Origin: Octopus sinensis
Lineage: Eukaryota
Assembly: GCF_006345805.1 (NCBI RefSeq)
Contig: NC_043003.1
Coordinates: forward strand, 30,070,001-30,134,000
Length of the DNA stretch: 64,000 nucleotides
Direction: 5' to 3'
Shown one piece after another: positions 1 to 13,084 of the stretch. The position numbers were made by a program, and so were the translations under genes. Numbering within the stretch: position 1 is the first letter of the stretch; each line of letters begins with the position of its first letter. A model generated the notes under the pieces. That model made no database searches and was not told the origin of the DNA. It worked only from the letters and a program-made list of their open reading frames with translations.

Positions 1-180
1 CAAAATTTCATTAAAAAACGTGTATTTTTCAGAAAGTTATTGTCTGGCACCAAGCCTTGTATATGCCCTCATTATACACCACTATGTTAACCCCCTCTCT
101 TTATACAATATAAAGCATGATTGGATAAATCAATCAACCAACAATTATTTGGTTATTATAAAGAGATTTTGTCTCATTTT

Positions 181-216
181 TTAATTTTTATTTCAGATTT
201 TCTTTTGACATTGAGA
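181..216 (+). promoter_or_regulatory. 3' splice acceptor preceding the ZNF-1 coding region
   Basis: TTTTTATTTCAG|ATTTTCTTTTGACATTGAGA, homologous to the TATTTCAG|G..TGGTGACATTGAGA acceptor seen before the minus-strand paralogues. Confidence 0.65.
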
Positions 217-467
217 GAACATCAACAAATGTATGAAATTTTAAAGACTGCTGAATTACATTATCATCAAGAAAGCTTGTGACAGTTTATCCAACTATGA
301 TTAAATTACTGTAAAAAATTAAATTTCATTAATAATTGTGGTGTTGATTGGAAATATATTAGTTGGATGGTGATGGTCATATTGGAGAAAATTTGACATT
401 ACACCAGAACTATATTTTTGTTGTGTCTGATATTTGTTTCTTTGAAATATTGGCAAAAGAGTAAATT

Positions 468-1580
468 ATGGAAGAGAAACTGTGTAGGAGTGAAGTTCAT
501 GGTGAAATACACTCTGATAATCTTTGTGTATCTAATCAAACAATGTACATTGAAAAGAAATCAAATCTCAGTGGTAACAATGGTAAAATATTTGCACAAA
601 GAACTAACACCTCAAAACATAAGATACTCAACACAAGCCCACTCCGTTACCAATGTGAAATTTGTGGTAAATGATTCCTAATAAAAAACTTTTTGTCTTT
701 ACATAAATGTATTCACACTTCAGATAAACTATATCACTGTGACACCTGTGATAAAACATTCTCTGAGAGAAGTCAGTTAATTTGTCATATATGTTTCCAC
801 ACTGGTGATGGATTATACAACTGTAATATTTGTGGTAAAACATTCTGTGCGAGAGGCAAATTAAATCGTCACAAACGGATTCACACAGGTGAGAAACCAT
901 ATTACTGTGATATCTGTGGCAAAACATTCTGTGGGAATAGTAATTTGACTAGTCATAAATGTGTTCATACAGGGAAGAAAGCATACCACTGTGATATTTG
1001 TGGTAAATCATTTTCTCACAATAGTGCTTTGACTTGTCATAAACGTATTCACACAGGAGAGAAACCATATCACTGTGATATCTGTGGTAAAACATTCTCG
1101 CATACTAGTGGTGTAACATGTCATAAACGTATTCACACTGGTGAAAGACCATACCACTGTGATATTTGTAATAAAACATTCTCCCACAACAGTGGCTTAA
1201 CGTGTCACAAACGTATACACTCAGGTGAGAAACCATACCATTGTGATATCTGTGGGAAAAATTTCTTTCAAAGTGGTAAATTAACAATCCATAAACGTCT
1301 TCACACAGGTGAGAAACCCTATCACTGTGAAACCTGTGGTAAAACATTCTCACGACATGATAGCTTAAACATTCATCAACGTTTCCATACAGGTGAGAAA
1401 CCATATCACTGTGATATCTGTGGGAAAACATTCTCTCAGAATACTCATTTGACTAGTCACAAACGTATTCATACTGGTGAAAAGCCATACTGCTGTGATA
1501 TTTGTGGCAAAACATTCTCTCATAGTGGAATTTTATCAAATCATAAACACATTCACACTAGACATAAAGCATGGCACTAA
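468..1580 (+). pseudogene. C2H2 zinc-finger gene ZNF-1: MEEKLC leader plus 11 fingers, in-frame TGA at 672-674 in finger 1
   Basis: ORFs 468-674 and 693-1580 are in the same frame; CEICGK*FLIKNFLSLHKCIH keeps exact C-x2-C-x12-H-x3-H spacing; 10 further fingers with TGEKPY-type linkers. Confidence 0.8.
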
Positions 1581-2685
1581 AATATATCCTATGGTAAACA
1601 TTGTCTCAGAATGGTAATTTAGCAAAGACCTGAACAGAAGATGAATCATAAAAGTTTGAACCAAAGAGAGAGCCTCTATGCAACAAAATTTCTTTTAAAT
1701 CATACACTATTGTCTTTAAAAAAGATATATTGAATGCTGTAATCTGAAATGAACTTTGTCTATAAGCAATAAACTTGTTTCACTTATTCAAACAATGTAC
1801 TTAAATATTATTATTTTTGTCAGGTTGATCATGATAATTAGGTAGAAGTGAGTGGTAAAGGTAAGAGGCTGTGTTCTACAACATGAATTACCCATCAATT
1901 AATGTTTTGCATTTCATATATTTATTAATCAATCAATTATATTTACATATATACAATGTATAAATTGTAATAAAAGTATGTTTTGTGATATTTAAAGTTT
2001 TAAACTGCTTAAGATGAAAATAATATTTTAGTTGATACTGTTATGTATGATAACTGTACATAGTATAAACAGAGCAAGGCTTGTAATTATATGGAAAGAT
2101 ATTTGCATGTATATAAATATGTATGCCAGCATTACAACCCAAGTTTGATAACCTTTTGCTTGTTATTGCAAAAGAACAAGTAGAAGAAAGCGAGAGCATC
2201 TCTTATGGAACTGAGTAACAGAATTCTGTGTAGCACCAGAGGCTCAATATTCCAACTTTAAATAACATTGAGCAAAACTTTTAGAAATACAATTTGGCAG
2301 GAATTCACACAGTTGTCTATAAAGTCCGCTGCCTTACTGGTTACATGCCTGCTGAAATTGGTTGGTTGAAAAAAATCCCTGTAGTCATTCATGCCTTTTA
2401 AGTTTTCAGAGCTGGGCATGCCTTTTATGGAATTATATTAAGGGTCTGGTTTTAAACTGATAATCTGAACAAGATGGTCTGAATGTAGGCAGAATCCTCG
2501 CTACACATTGAATAAATTGAGATTGCATTGTACTGACCGAGTCCATTTTGTGAACATTGGAACCATCATCAAACATGAATAAATTATATCACAAAACAAG
2601 CAACATATCCATGTCCTGTCTATTACATTGGTTTTTCACACATCAAAACACTGCATGATAAATCATGTAAAATATATAATATACT

Positions 2686-3061
2686 CGTGACTGCGGCCAT
2701 GCTGGAGCACTGCCTTTAGTCGAGCAACTTGACCCCGGGACTTAATCTTTGTAAGCCCAGTACTTATTCTATCGGTCTCTTTTGCCGAACCGCTAAGTGA
2801 CGGGGACATAAACACACCAGCATCGGTTGTCAAGCAATGCTAGGGGGACAAACACAGACACACAAACATACACGCACACATATATATATACATATATACG
2901 ACGGGCTTCTTTCAGTTTCCGTCTACCAAATCCACTCACAAGGCTTTGGTCGGTCCGAGGCTATAGTAGAAGACACTTGCCCAAGATGCCACGCAGTGGG
3001 ACTGAACCTGGAACCATGTGGTTGGTAAGCAAGCTACTTACCACACAGCCACTCCTGCACC
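2686..3061 (-). mobile_element. tRNA-derived SINE (octopus type), near full length
   Basis: Minus-strand head with A box TGGCTGTGTGG and B box GGTTCAGTCCC, internal microsatellite; several copies in the window. Confidence 0.85.
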
Positions 3062-4019
3062 TATATATATGCAAATCTGCATGTTAGTTGCTTCATATCA
3101 TTCGGTTATAATCATGCTAGGCTTCATGAGCCTGACAGCAGAAGACCAAGTTGTCAATAGAAGCAACAGAGGTTGCCTCAAAGTGGCAGTGGATTAGATG
3201 TGAACCCTGGGAGGGTTAGTACTAATAGGACAAAAGCTGGGGCTTGATCAACTCTGGCTGGTGGGTTTGATTGTTGAAAGACCTGAAACATCCAATGGTC
3301 TCTGGAAACGTCACTGATGATGTGTTCAAGTACATCAAAGGATAATGTAGGATAAAGTTAGTGGATTTTCTCTAATATCATCACCTTCATTGTTTTATTT
3401 TAACATTTAAAAGAAAAAAAAATTTTTTTTTCATGTTTAAAACTGTTGGACAATAAAACAAACTGTCCATTTCAAACCAATTGTATATGTTGCTTAGCAG
3501 ACCAGATGTCAGTACTTCCTTCCATAGTCTGTCAACTCATGACTCCTTTTGATCACCCTACATAACCATAATTGATTAAGAACTTTACTTTCTTACTATA
3601 TCATTCTTTGTTTGATCCTACTATGTGGCACGTAATGCAGGTATCTCCTACCAGTTTCAGGTTAACCATGAAACCTGTCAGATGACCTAAGTAGCAAATG
3701 TCAAGTTGAGATGTTGGTGATTCATGCAGTTGTAATATTTATTCTCAACTTCCTAAAATAGTTGATTTATATATAATTGTTGCTGTATTGATTTCTGTAA
3801 AAATATAAACTTCACTACTTGGAACCATTTTTACAGTTCGTTCTGTTGGAGTTGAACTTTTGTGAACATTGTTCCAGAAGCCTCTAAGACATTGTGATTT
3901 AGAATTAGTGTCAAAGTAATCTTTAACCTGGCCTAAACTATGAATTTGTAGTTTTGAAAAACATTACTGTTTGAAAATGTGTAGTGGTTACATTTTCCAC
4001 TGATTTGGAATGAATGAAC

Positions 4020-4158
4020 TTAACCCTTTTGATACCAAAACATCTGAAACTGTCTTTGGTTCTGTGATACCAATTTCCCTGCTTGAAAGTGTTAATTTCA
4101 AAATTCTTTATAAGAAAGGCAGTGAATTTCACCAAAAATATGGTAATGAAAAGGTTAA
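4020..4158. mobile_element. piggyBac-like MITE remnant
   Basis: TTAA|CCCTTTTGATACCA...TGGTAATGAAAAGG|TTAA; related copy at 15950-16176. Confidence 0.5.
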
Positions 4159-4681
4159 GATCTAGTCTGGTTATATTTTACTGACACAATCCATTTTAAT
4201 CAGTTATTTCTACAGAATATAAATGCATATTTTGATGTAAGAGTTAACCTAAATCTTGTCCTTCAGAGAATTTAATCATCTCTTATTATAAAAGGCAGAT
4301 TTTATCTGCCTCCCTTTGGGAGTTATACAAATCTACAATATAGGATTTCTTCAATTACAATTTACCTAGCAATTTTAAGAGTACAATGCATGGCGTCATG
4401 CCAGGTCCAGTTTTTAAAATTTAAACTCCAATTAAGCAAAATTTACAGAAAACTCACATTCTGGTGTGTGTGTCAAATGCTTTTCTTAGTCTGGTTTACA
4501 CCACACGCAAACGCACACACACAGTGGGCAACGAATAAAGTGAAACTAGATGTAATATTTGTTTCTCTCTATCACGCTGATAGATACATGAGTAAAATGT
4601 ATGGGAAGCTAACACATAAGTGTGAGTGAAAATGTTCTTGGAAGAGAGTAAATAGCCAGAGATAGTGATTTGAGGAACACT

Positions 4682-4933
4682 CATACATACATACATACAT
4701 ACATACACACACATACATACATACACACACACACATACATACATACACACATACATACATACATATACATACACACATACACACACACACACATACACAC
4801 ACACACAGTATTGAAGCTTGAGAACAATCAGATACATTTGCAACACATCTGTTGAAAATATTATTGTTCACACACATACATATACATATATACATACAGA
4901 CAGACAGACAGATAGACACACACACACACACAC
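4682..4933. repeat. compound (CATA)n/(CA)n/(CAGA)n microsatellites
   Basis: Directly visible. Confidence 0.95.
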
Positions 4934-5067
4934 ATGATCCAGCATGGCCACAACCTCAAGGCTGAAACATATAAAAGAATAACAGAATATAAATGTGTGC
5001 ATGTGTGTGAGAGAGAGAGTGTGTGTGTATATGTATGTATGTATGTATGTATGTATATATATATAAT

Positions 5068-5500
5068 AATGCGGTTTTTTCAACAGCTTGAACTAAAAGT
5101 CAGAGGGGAATGGGATAAACTACTTATATTAACTTGCTATAAAAGCAGGTAGTAATTTTATCTTGTCCTTATTCATAGTGCAAGTTTTGAAGAGTGCATT
5201 TCGATTTTAACAGCTATTTTTTTCAAAGCTATATTGGAACAGCCTAGAAGACGAGCCTCATCCTGAAAGATCTGTAGAACTCGACAAGGACATCCTGAAA
5301 ACCCTGGTGGAACAAAATCTCATCGTAACTGTTGAGGAACTAGCAGAGAAGCTTGGATTTGGTCATTCAACCATTCATTGAGACCTGTGTGCTATCGGAA
5401 AAGTCAGCAAATTGGGTCAATGGGTTCCTCACGAACTTTCCGAGTCTAATTGCATGCAGAGAGTGAATGTATGCTTTTCTTTGCTGTCACATCTCACCAC
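5068..5500 (+). mobile_element. mariner transposase fragment (defective)
   Basis: 5241-5490 translates SLEDEPHPERS...LAEKLGFGHSTIH*...KLGQWVPHELS; WVPHEL (5421-5438) is the mariner signature. Confidence 0.85.
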
Positions 5501-5516
5501 TACTGCGCTATGTATA

Positions 5517-6151
5517 TCTATATATATAAAACTGTAGTTGTGTGAGTGTCTGTCCCCTTCGATTTAGATTCCTAACTACTCCCACATTTTGCGGTGCAGT
5601 TTAACCAAATTCGGGTAGCTTATAGTCGTGATTCATATCGAGCCCGTCTGAGTATTAGCGCGCGTCTACGATGAGTCTACGATTTAAAAATAATTTAACA
5701 TCATTTTTTATTCCATTTTAATGCATAATTTTTCGTGTGTCGTTGGCGTCCACGCTCACACCTGCACCTGTGGGGAAGGGAGTGTAAGGAAATCAACGTC
5801 GTAATGCGTTGTCAAGGAGACCAGCGTTCTTTTAGAACAACGACTTCATCGCTTGAAGACACCAAAACAGAAATGGCTAAGAAAGCGTCTACATGAGGCT
5901 AAGAAAGCGTCTACATGAGTCTACGATTTAAAAAAAAATTTACCATCGTTTTTTTTCCATTTTAATGCATTTTTTCGCTATTATATAAGGGAAGTAACTC
6001 TCTAAAAATGTCTACGATGAGTCAACGATTTTTCAAAAAATTTACCATCATATTTTTTCCATTTTTAATGCATTTTTTGCTATAACTCTCTAAAAATGCT
6101 TATATAGTTATTTCCCTTACAAACCCGAGCAACGCCGGGCGATACTGCTAG
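5517..6151 (+). mobile_element. non-autonomous Helitron
   Basis: A|TCTATATATATAAAA 5' end; 3' hairpin CCCGagcaacgcCGGG then CTAG|T; three internal sub-repeats. Confidence 0.8.
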
Positions 6152-7601
6152 TTGTAAATATAAAGTACCAAACAAGTAGTGTGAAACAATTGTTATACTG
6201 AGTAAATAAAAATGTGGTTTTTTCCATGTGATTATGTTCGTATATGCCATGGCCAACCCTCAAACTTCTTTTTGTTAATTAAATCTCTGATAAAATTGTG
6301 TTGGTGGCACATTTATGGTTTATAGTTCTTTACTATGTACTTGATCTGCTAATGGTAGTCTATCAGTTTCACGGTTAGGCTGTTGGTTACTTAACTGGCA
6401 ATACCACTGGGGCTTTACCCTAGTTTATGGAGGCTGGATGAACACTGACAGCACAAAAAACATTATCTGTTTGCAAGAATAGACAAACTTAATGATTGTG
6501 GTCATTCATTAAATTTTTTAATGGAGGCCTCATTAAAGTTTTTTGATCTAGCATTTCTGAATCTTGGTTCTCTATGTCAGATATATAGGCTTGCCTTTCC
6601 TTTGACCTAAAGGCATGGGTGAGAGAACCCTTATTGATAAATGCAAAGACCATCCAAAGTAACTTAAATCAGTCCTGGCTTTACTTTTGTTCTTTCTTTC
6701 TTTGCATTGTTGAAGGCAACAGACACATTCCACAATTAATATTCTATAAAAAGATTTTTCTAAAAGTATTATTTCATATTAAATGTAACCACAAGTAAAA
6801 TGAATCATCTGGGATGTTTAAGTGAAGTTTTAAAAAGGAACATCACATACATAACTTAATGAGCATAATATTAAATGATCAATGCATCCAAATCTAACCT
6901 GAAACACCAACGGGCAGGGGAATAAAATTGCAAAAATATTATTCATTCAGCCCCCACCACCATGTGAAAAGTAGTAACAAATATAAAGGCATGTAACTTT
7001 TTTGCTTGTGAGAACATGGAAGACTGGTGTTGAAAAAATCTGGTTACCAAAATGTGGTAAATGGAGCAGCCAGCTGAGCCAAAATGGTAAGCTATGGGTA
7101 TGTAATGGTGGATACTATGAGACACACACACACAAACGATCTAAATGCTGTCCTGTTTTGTCTGTATAGTGCATTGCAAAGTCTGCATGTAATGCAGTAG
7201 ATAAGGTTGGTTAAAATTTTGAGTGACATCATTCTGGGATTTTAGATTGTTTAAAGGTGTATTGTTGGGGTGAAGTTATAGAAGTGACATCTGTGATGAG
7301 AGCATCTGGTTAGGGGGCGAGGATGTTTCTAATCAGCAGGTTATAGAGATTCCATTTCATTCTGATGGATAATAATAAAAATAAGACTGGGAAGATTGTT
7401 TTAGAAAGACATAAATATTACAAAATATTCTTTAATAATTCAATTAACAAAACAATAGTATATAAACATGGTTTTCAAATATTTTGCATAATGTTTATAA
7501 CATTACATAAACTGTCACACAGAAATTCCATTACAAAGTAATCATATATACAATTTCTTTTTAAATAATTCTATTGTTTTACCAATTGACTTCCTTTGGG
7601 A

Positions 7602-8753
7602 TCATAGTACCATTTTTAGAAAATGCTTCTTCACAGACATGGCGCTGGATGTGTTGCCTGTGTGAACAGGTCTGTGACGTGTTAAACTCTGCTTATCAAC
7701 ATATGTTTTACCACAAATATCACAATTGTATGGTCTCTCACCTGTGTGACCACGTACATGAAGTGTCAAATGACTGCTTTGAGAAAATGTTTTACCACAG
7801 ATATCACAGTGGTATGGTTTCTCGCCTGTATGAATGCGTAAATGTTGAGTTAAATGAGCATTCTGAGAGAATGTTTTATCACAAATATCACAGTGATATG
7901 GTTTCTCACCTGTGTGTGTGCGTATATGTCTAGTCAATCCAGTTCTGTCAAAGAAGGTTTTCTCACAAATATCACAGTAAAATGGTTTATCTCCTGTATG
8001 AACCTGTTTGTGAATAGTTAAAGTTTGACAAGCAGAGAAAGTTTTTCCACAGATATCACAGTCATATGGTTTCTCACTTGTGTGAATACGTTTGTGATGA
8101 GTCATGTTACCTCTTTGAGAAAATGCTTTTCCACAGACATCACAGCTGTACGGCTTTTCACTTGTGTGAATGGATATGTGTCTATTCAAATAAGAACTTC
8201 CAGAAAATGTTTTAGCACAAATACCACACTGATATGGTTTTTCTCCTGTGTGAGTTCGTTTATGAATAGTTAATTTATGACTTTGAGAATATTTTTTACC
8301 ACAGATATCACAGCGATATGGTTTCTCACCCGAGTGAGAATATTTGTGTGTAGTCAAATGAGCTTGCTGAGAGAATGCTCTCCCACAAATATCACAGTGA
8401 TATGGTTTTTCACCTGTATGAATACGTTTATGCTTAGTTAAATTACCGCTGTCAGAAAAGGCTTTGTCACAGATTATGCATTGATAAACTTTCTTATCCT
8501 TCTGAACATTTTTATGCAAAGATAAAGAACTGGTTTTAGCAATTGTTTTACTATAAATTTTTAAATATTTAAGCTTTGAGCTTTTATGAAGCAATTTTTG
8601 CTTAAATAAGGTATCAGATTGTGTGAATGTTTTCATATCATTGTCAAAGTAATCTGATATCTTCTCTGTATCTTCATATGTCTGATAAGATATGTCACTA
8701 GATTCAGACTGTGTCTGATCACAAGCCTGACTCTCACACAGTTTATTCTCCAT
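7602..8753 (-). CDS. C2H2 zinc-finger protein ZNF-2 (383 aa, 10 fingers, N-terminal leader, frameshifted 11th finger)
   Basis: Intact ORF with tandem C2H2 repeats and TGEKPY linkers. Confidence 0.93.
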   Translation of the reverse strand: MENKLCESQACDQTQSESSDISYQTYEDTEKISDYFDNDMKTFTQSDTLFKQKLLHKSSKLKYLKIYSKTIAKTSSLSLHKNVQKDKKVYQCIICDKAFSDSGNLTKHKRIHTGEKPYHCDICGRAFSQQAHLTTHKYSHSGEKPYRCDICGKKYSQSHKLTIHKRTHTGEKPYQCGICAKTFSGSSYLNRHISIHTSEKPYSCDVCGKAFSQRGNMTHHKRIHTSEKPYDCDICGKTFSACQTLTIHKQVHTGDKPFYCDICEKTFFDRTGLTRHIRTHTGEKPYHCDICDKTFSQNAHLTQHLRIHTGEKPYHCDICGKTFSQSSHLTLHVRGHTGERPYNCDICGKTYVDKQSLTRHRPVHTGNTSSAMSVKKHFLKMVL

Positions 8754-9164
8754 AATTACTATACAAATATTCTAAAATATTCTGTAATTGTCAAATACCT
8801 CCATGGAGAATACTGAAGTGCTTGAATCCACTTAATAAATTGAAGTTGCAATGTATTTTCTTTTGAACTAAAAAGTGATATCTGATAAAGACTGATGATG
8901 TCTCAATCATAAAGTTTCAAGATATTTTATTAGGACTGTTTCTGTGTTTTTTTCTTCTTCAATTTTGGAATTAAAAACCAGTAAGTAAACTGACCCCAGT
9001 TTTCAATAAACGCCCAGACACAAAAGAAATTACACATAAACCAAGATAGATATTATGTTATCATGTCTATATTATCTCTTTATAACCATAATATAAACTT
9101 CACAGAAACCTAATCAAGGTCATAAAGAATAGTTGAGTTTTTTGATAACGTCTGTCTTCTATTT

Positions 9165-9290
9165 TCAAAGTCTGACAAAGTCCTTGATAAATCTTGAATC
9201 AGCAATTACCATCTCAATGTCACCATAAATCCTGAAATAAAGAATATAAGGTAAAAAGGACAATGAAAAAGTAACACAAAGTTTATTCGA
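9165..9290 (-). promoter_or_regulatory. ZNF-2 splice acceptor (exon starts 9231) plus 15-aa uORF 9212-9165
   Basis: Polypyrimidine tract and TATTTCAG|G conserved across paralogues; uORF MVIADSRFIKDFVRL*. Confidence 0.7.
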
Positions 9291-11627
9291 GAAGAGGTAT
9301 TTGATCTCAGACATTGTGTGAGATGTTGGAATAATAAAGAAAAATGAGAAAATAGTTACAGGATGACTATGTAGTGTGTAGGTGAGTCTGTAGGAAAACA
9401 TGATAAATTTCTCTTTTTCCTTGAGCACAAGTTAGTTGTTTGGACAGATGCTAACCAGGTAGGGTTGCATTGTACACATTCAAACAACTTCCACCCAAGG
9501 CTAGAATGTGCCTTCAAACAGAAAGTTAATTGAGTCGCTGTTAATACGTTGCACAGTTAGCCACATCATTTGAAGCTTCTCATTCTATCAGCCTCATCCA
9601 GAACATGGAAGGTAACCAGTTCGCTTTCCTGGTTATTATATTCATTGGATCGATAAGTTATTCTGAGCAATTCTGACTCTTCATACCTAATTTTTCTCTT
9701 GACATTCAAGTTGTATGCTGCGATGAGTTTATATCAATTTATCTGGCTTGCAGAATTTAGTCTCTTCAGTAGTACTAGCGTCTGTACTATGAAATTTATA
9801 TCCAACTTCATCTTAAAGGCAGTTGAACTCATGTAAATATGTAGTAAGTGAAACCAAATCTATTTATGTCTTCCATTATATTCTTGTTAGACTGAGGTCT
9901 AAACATTATGATTTGTACAAAATAAAAGTTCCTGTTACACACAATTGTTCAGCGTTCTAAAAGTGTGTAAAATAAATTGTTTTATTAGACCATAAAAAGA
10001 GATTATTGCCTTCTGATTCTTTCTGCACACAGTTGACTTTCTTCATTATGATATTCTTGAATGAAACTAATGTTTGTACTAATCGAATTTATCATGGTTA
10101 TTTGAATGTATATTCTGATAACCTTTGCATATTGACTTACAAGGTGTTTAATAACTTTCTGTAACGCGTCATATTACTAACTATCATATCTTTTGCAAAA
10201 AGTCATTCAGAATGGAGATAATGATGGGATACATAGACGTAGAAAGAACAGAAGCGAGACTGTGTACGAATAGATAAGTCAAAGATGTTATCTGCATAGT
10301 AAGCAATAATTTAGCTAATGTTTGCATATTTCATGAAAAAAAAAAAACATATCCATTTCCAAAACGTCAAGCAAAATCCAATTATTAAAAATTCCCTAGC
10401 ATGCTAGATATAGCAACTGTAAAGTTCTTTGCAGCTCTAAAACATTTTGTCTCCCTCATTATTACAACAACAATACATTTGTAATTAAATGCTACAATTT
10501 ACATAATGTAACTTCTCATTGTCATTCTAGCATTACTACAGCTTGATGTCTCCCCCTATGCTTTTCTTTTCCTTATAACAGAAAAAAAAAAAAAAGGAGG
10601 AGTGTTTATTGGACATGTCCACTACAGACTGCTAAATGTTTAGGGTGGGGGAGAACATACTCAGAATAAAACAGCAGTTATATTTTCCTATCATGAGCGC
10701 TTCCGGCCACTGTGTCTGAAGACTCGTCAATACTGTCAAGCGCAACAATTGACATGTAACATTCTGACCATAAACAGAAATATAGGGCTCGACGATATAA
10801 ATACAAGTTTGCTGAGCCGATTAGTTCGATTTGCATAAACAGTGCTTCTTTGACAGTAGTGTGTCGATGTTGAAAGGCAAAGGAAAAAGACAGAAGAGTT
10901 GCGACATTAGAACAATTTGAAACTAATACTTGAAAAATCTATGATGGATTTTATGATATAGTTTACGAGTATGACAGTAACTATGCAGTACGATTTAAAA
11001 TATGTGATTGCTAAAAGATAAGCAAATCTTAAAATAATTTTCACTTGATTTATATGATTAACACGTCTAATTAGAAATTACACGAGAAGGTACAATCAAC
11101 GGTTGGGTGTAAATATATTTAATATTTCCACCGCATTTTGATTTAATTATATCTTGTTAAAATACAATAATTAAGCATGAACACAAGATGAACCTATATA
11201 TCTATGTACACACACGAGAACTCGATGAACTAGAAAATTTCCCTAGATGTCAGAAATAAAGGCTGACAAAAACTGATTTGGCTGAATTAACACTCGGTTG
11301 ACAACGAGAGAAAAAACAAGGAGAACGTCGTGATAACATGTGATAATTAATAAACAAATACTGGAAGTTACCATGTTTAATGTCGGCTAAACATTTCTAA
11401 AAGTAAATAGATAATGGAGATTAAACATAAAAGCAAAATAACAAGTAACCATTAATACATATGATGAGTTGTTACCATTAGAAATACTAAAACCTTACAT
11501 TCAATAAAGTTTTCTTTCTGTCTTTTCTCAAAATTTGGTACAAATAATACAGGGATGAACAGACCTAGACATTAACTGTTGTGCGACAAAATTTGGACAC
11601 ACTTCCGTAGTTTTAAGCAGCTATCTA

Positions 11628-11647
11628 TCAGCCGTATTTTCGTAAAA
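11628..11647 (-). promoter_or_regulatory. conserved upstream motif TTTTACGAAAATACGGCTGA (putative core promoter/TSS of ZNF-2)
   Basis: Recurs at the end of a homologous block of about 500 bp upstream of ZNF-2, 3, 4, 5 and 7. Confidence 0.6.
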
Positions 11648-11771
11648 GGATTTCTCTTTCAATAACTATTTGCTGGCATAAAACATGCGCTTTCCTTTCC
11701 AATTTTTAAATGTATGAAAAAAGTTGTCCTGCATCTTATGCGCCCCTATTACGGTTGGAAGACTGAATGTC

Positions 11772-12816
11772 CTAGGCTAGGGATCCGGATAAGTATATGT
11801 TTGTTTCGTTCAATAACGTAGAAGATTCGGTAAATTTTGGGAAATACACCCACACGCGTTCCACTAAGAAAAAAAAATAACTGCGGATTTTTTGCGTGGA
11901 AACAAGGGTAATATTTGATTCTTTCACTCGCACGATTTTCTCTAAGAAAAAAAATACTCGGATTTTTTGCATGGAATCAAGTACCTTGACCTCCTAATAA
12001 GCTACAAACTCCTTGTTTTTGTTCGGAAAAGTGGGGATGGAGAACCGCCCCCAGCATATCCCGGAGTCATTAGAATTTTTTTTTTTCCGTTGAATGAATC
12101 CAGTGATCGGATCTTTTCCTTTTGAACGGCACAGGTCAACACAATTTCTAGTTAACTAAACACTTTAAAACTTCGTATACTGGTAGTTTTAGACGCAGCA
12201 AATGATTTTAGCTCACTAGAGGCAATTCATTGGTTAAAATTCGAAAATTTAAACTATGTTAAACAAACAAATTATAATTTTCTCAAGAAAGCCAAGAGGA
12301 AAAAATGTTTTATTTTGACACATTCTACCAGTATACGAAGTTTTAAAGTGTTTAGTTAACTAGAAATTGTATTGACATGTGCCGTTCAAAAGGAAAAGAT
12401 CCCGGTGATCTCCTAGTATGCTACAAAACCCATTTTTGGGTCGGGAAAATGGGGTTAGGTGAGGTGGGAGCCTCGGAAATTTCACTCCCCACTCCCATTG
12501 ATCTTTCTATCTGCACGATTTTCACTAAGAAAAAAAACTCAGATTTTTTTGCATGGAATCAAGTACCCTGACCTCATAATATGCTGCAAACCCCTTATTT
12601 TTGTTCGGAAAAAAGAGGTGGGTGGGAAACCGGATCTCACCCTCTATCCCGAAATCATTGGAATTTTTTTTACATTGAATTTATTCAGGTGACCTCCTAA
12701 TATGTTAGAAAACCCTTTTTTTTGGGTCCGGAAAACGGGGTGGGTGGAACCCTCGGAAATTTCACCCCCATTTTCAAATATTTTTTGCTATTTCTTTCTC
12801 TGCCCATAATTTTAGA
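11772..12816 (-). mobile_element. internally repetitive element, possibly Helitron-like
   Basis: Minus strand begins A|TCTAAAATTATGGGCAG and ends in CTAG (non-canonical flank); duplicated internal units at about 11930 and 12515. Confidence 0.35.
12109..12402. mobile_element. MITE with about 78-bp TIRs and 8-bp TSD (Merlin- or hAT-like)
   Basis: GGATCTTTTCCTTTTGAACGGCACA...TGTGCCGTTCAAAAGGAAAAGATCC flanked by CAGTGATC / CGGTGATC. Confidence 0.85.
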
Positions 12817-13084
12817 TAGCATTTAGCAGAAATATGTTTTCGGGAGAGTGTGGATTACGTTAGATTGAAAATTCAAAGAAGTTTGAAATGAATAAGTAAA
12901 GATGTAGAGGTTAGAGAAGTTAGTGGTAACGAAGTGTGGAGAGGTAGACAATAAATTCATCTTTAAAAAAAAACACGTTAGAGTTTTTGCATATATGAGT
13001 GAAATGAAGTAAAATATTAACAAAATATCTTTTTCCTACCTCTTAAAATCACTGGATAAAATATATATAATCCCGAATAGATTT

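Noticed and set aside
672-674. TGA as selenocysteine
   Set aside because: Not at a Cys-ligand position, and no SECIS recognisable in the 3' flank
2990-3061. tRNA-like A/B boxes
   Set aside because: SINE head; no complete cloverleaf
4220-4575. Possible second Helitron (TCTTATTATAAAAGGCAG start); also about 23010-23152 on minus
   Set aside because: No convincing 3' hairpin with CTAG|T
4496-5152. ORFs rich in CV/YI/HT repeats (also 35419-35706, 57202-57635)
   Set aside because: Translations of microsatellites
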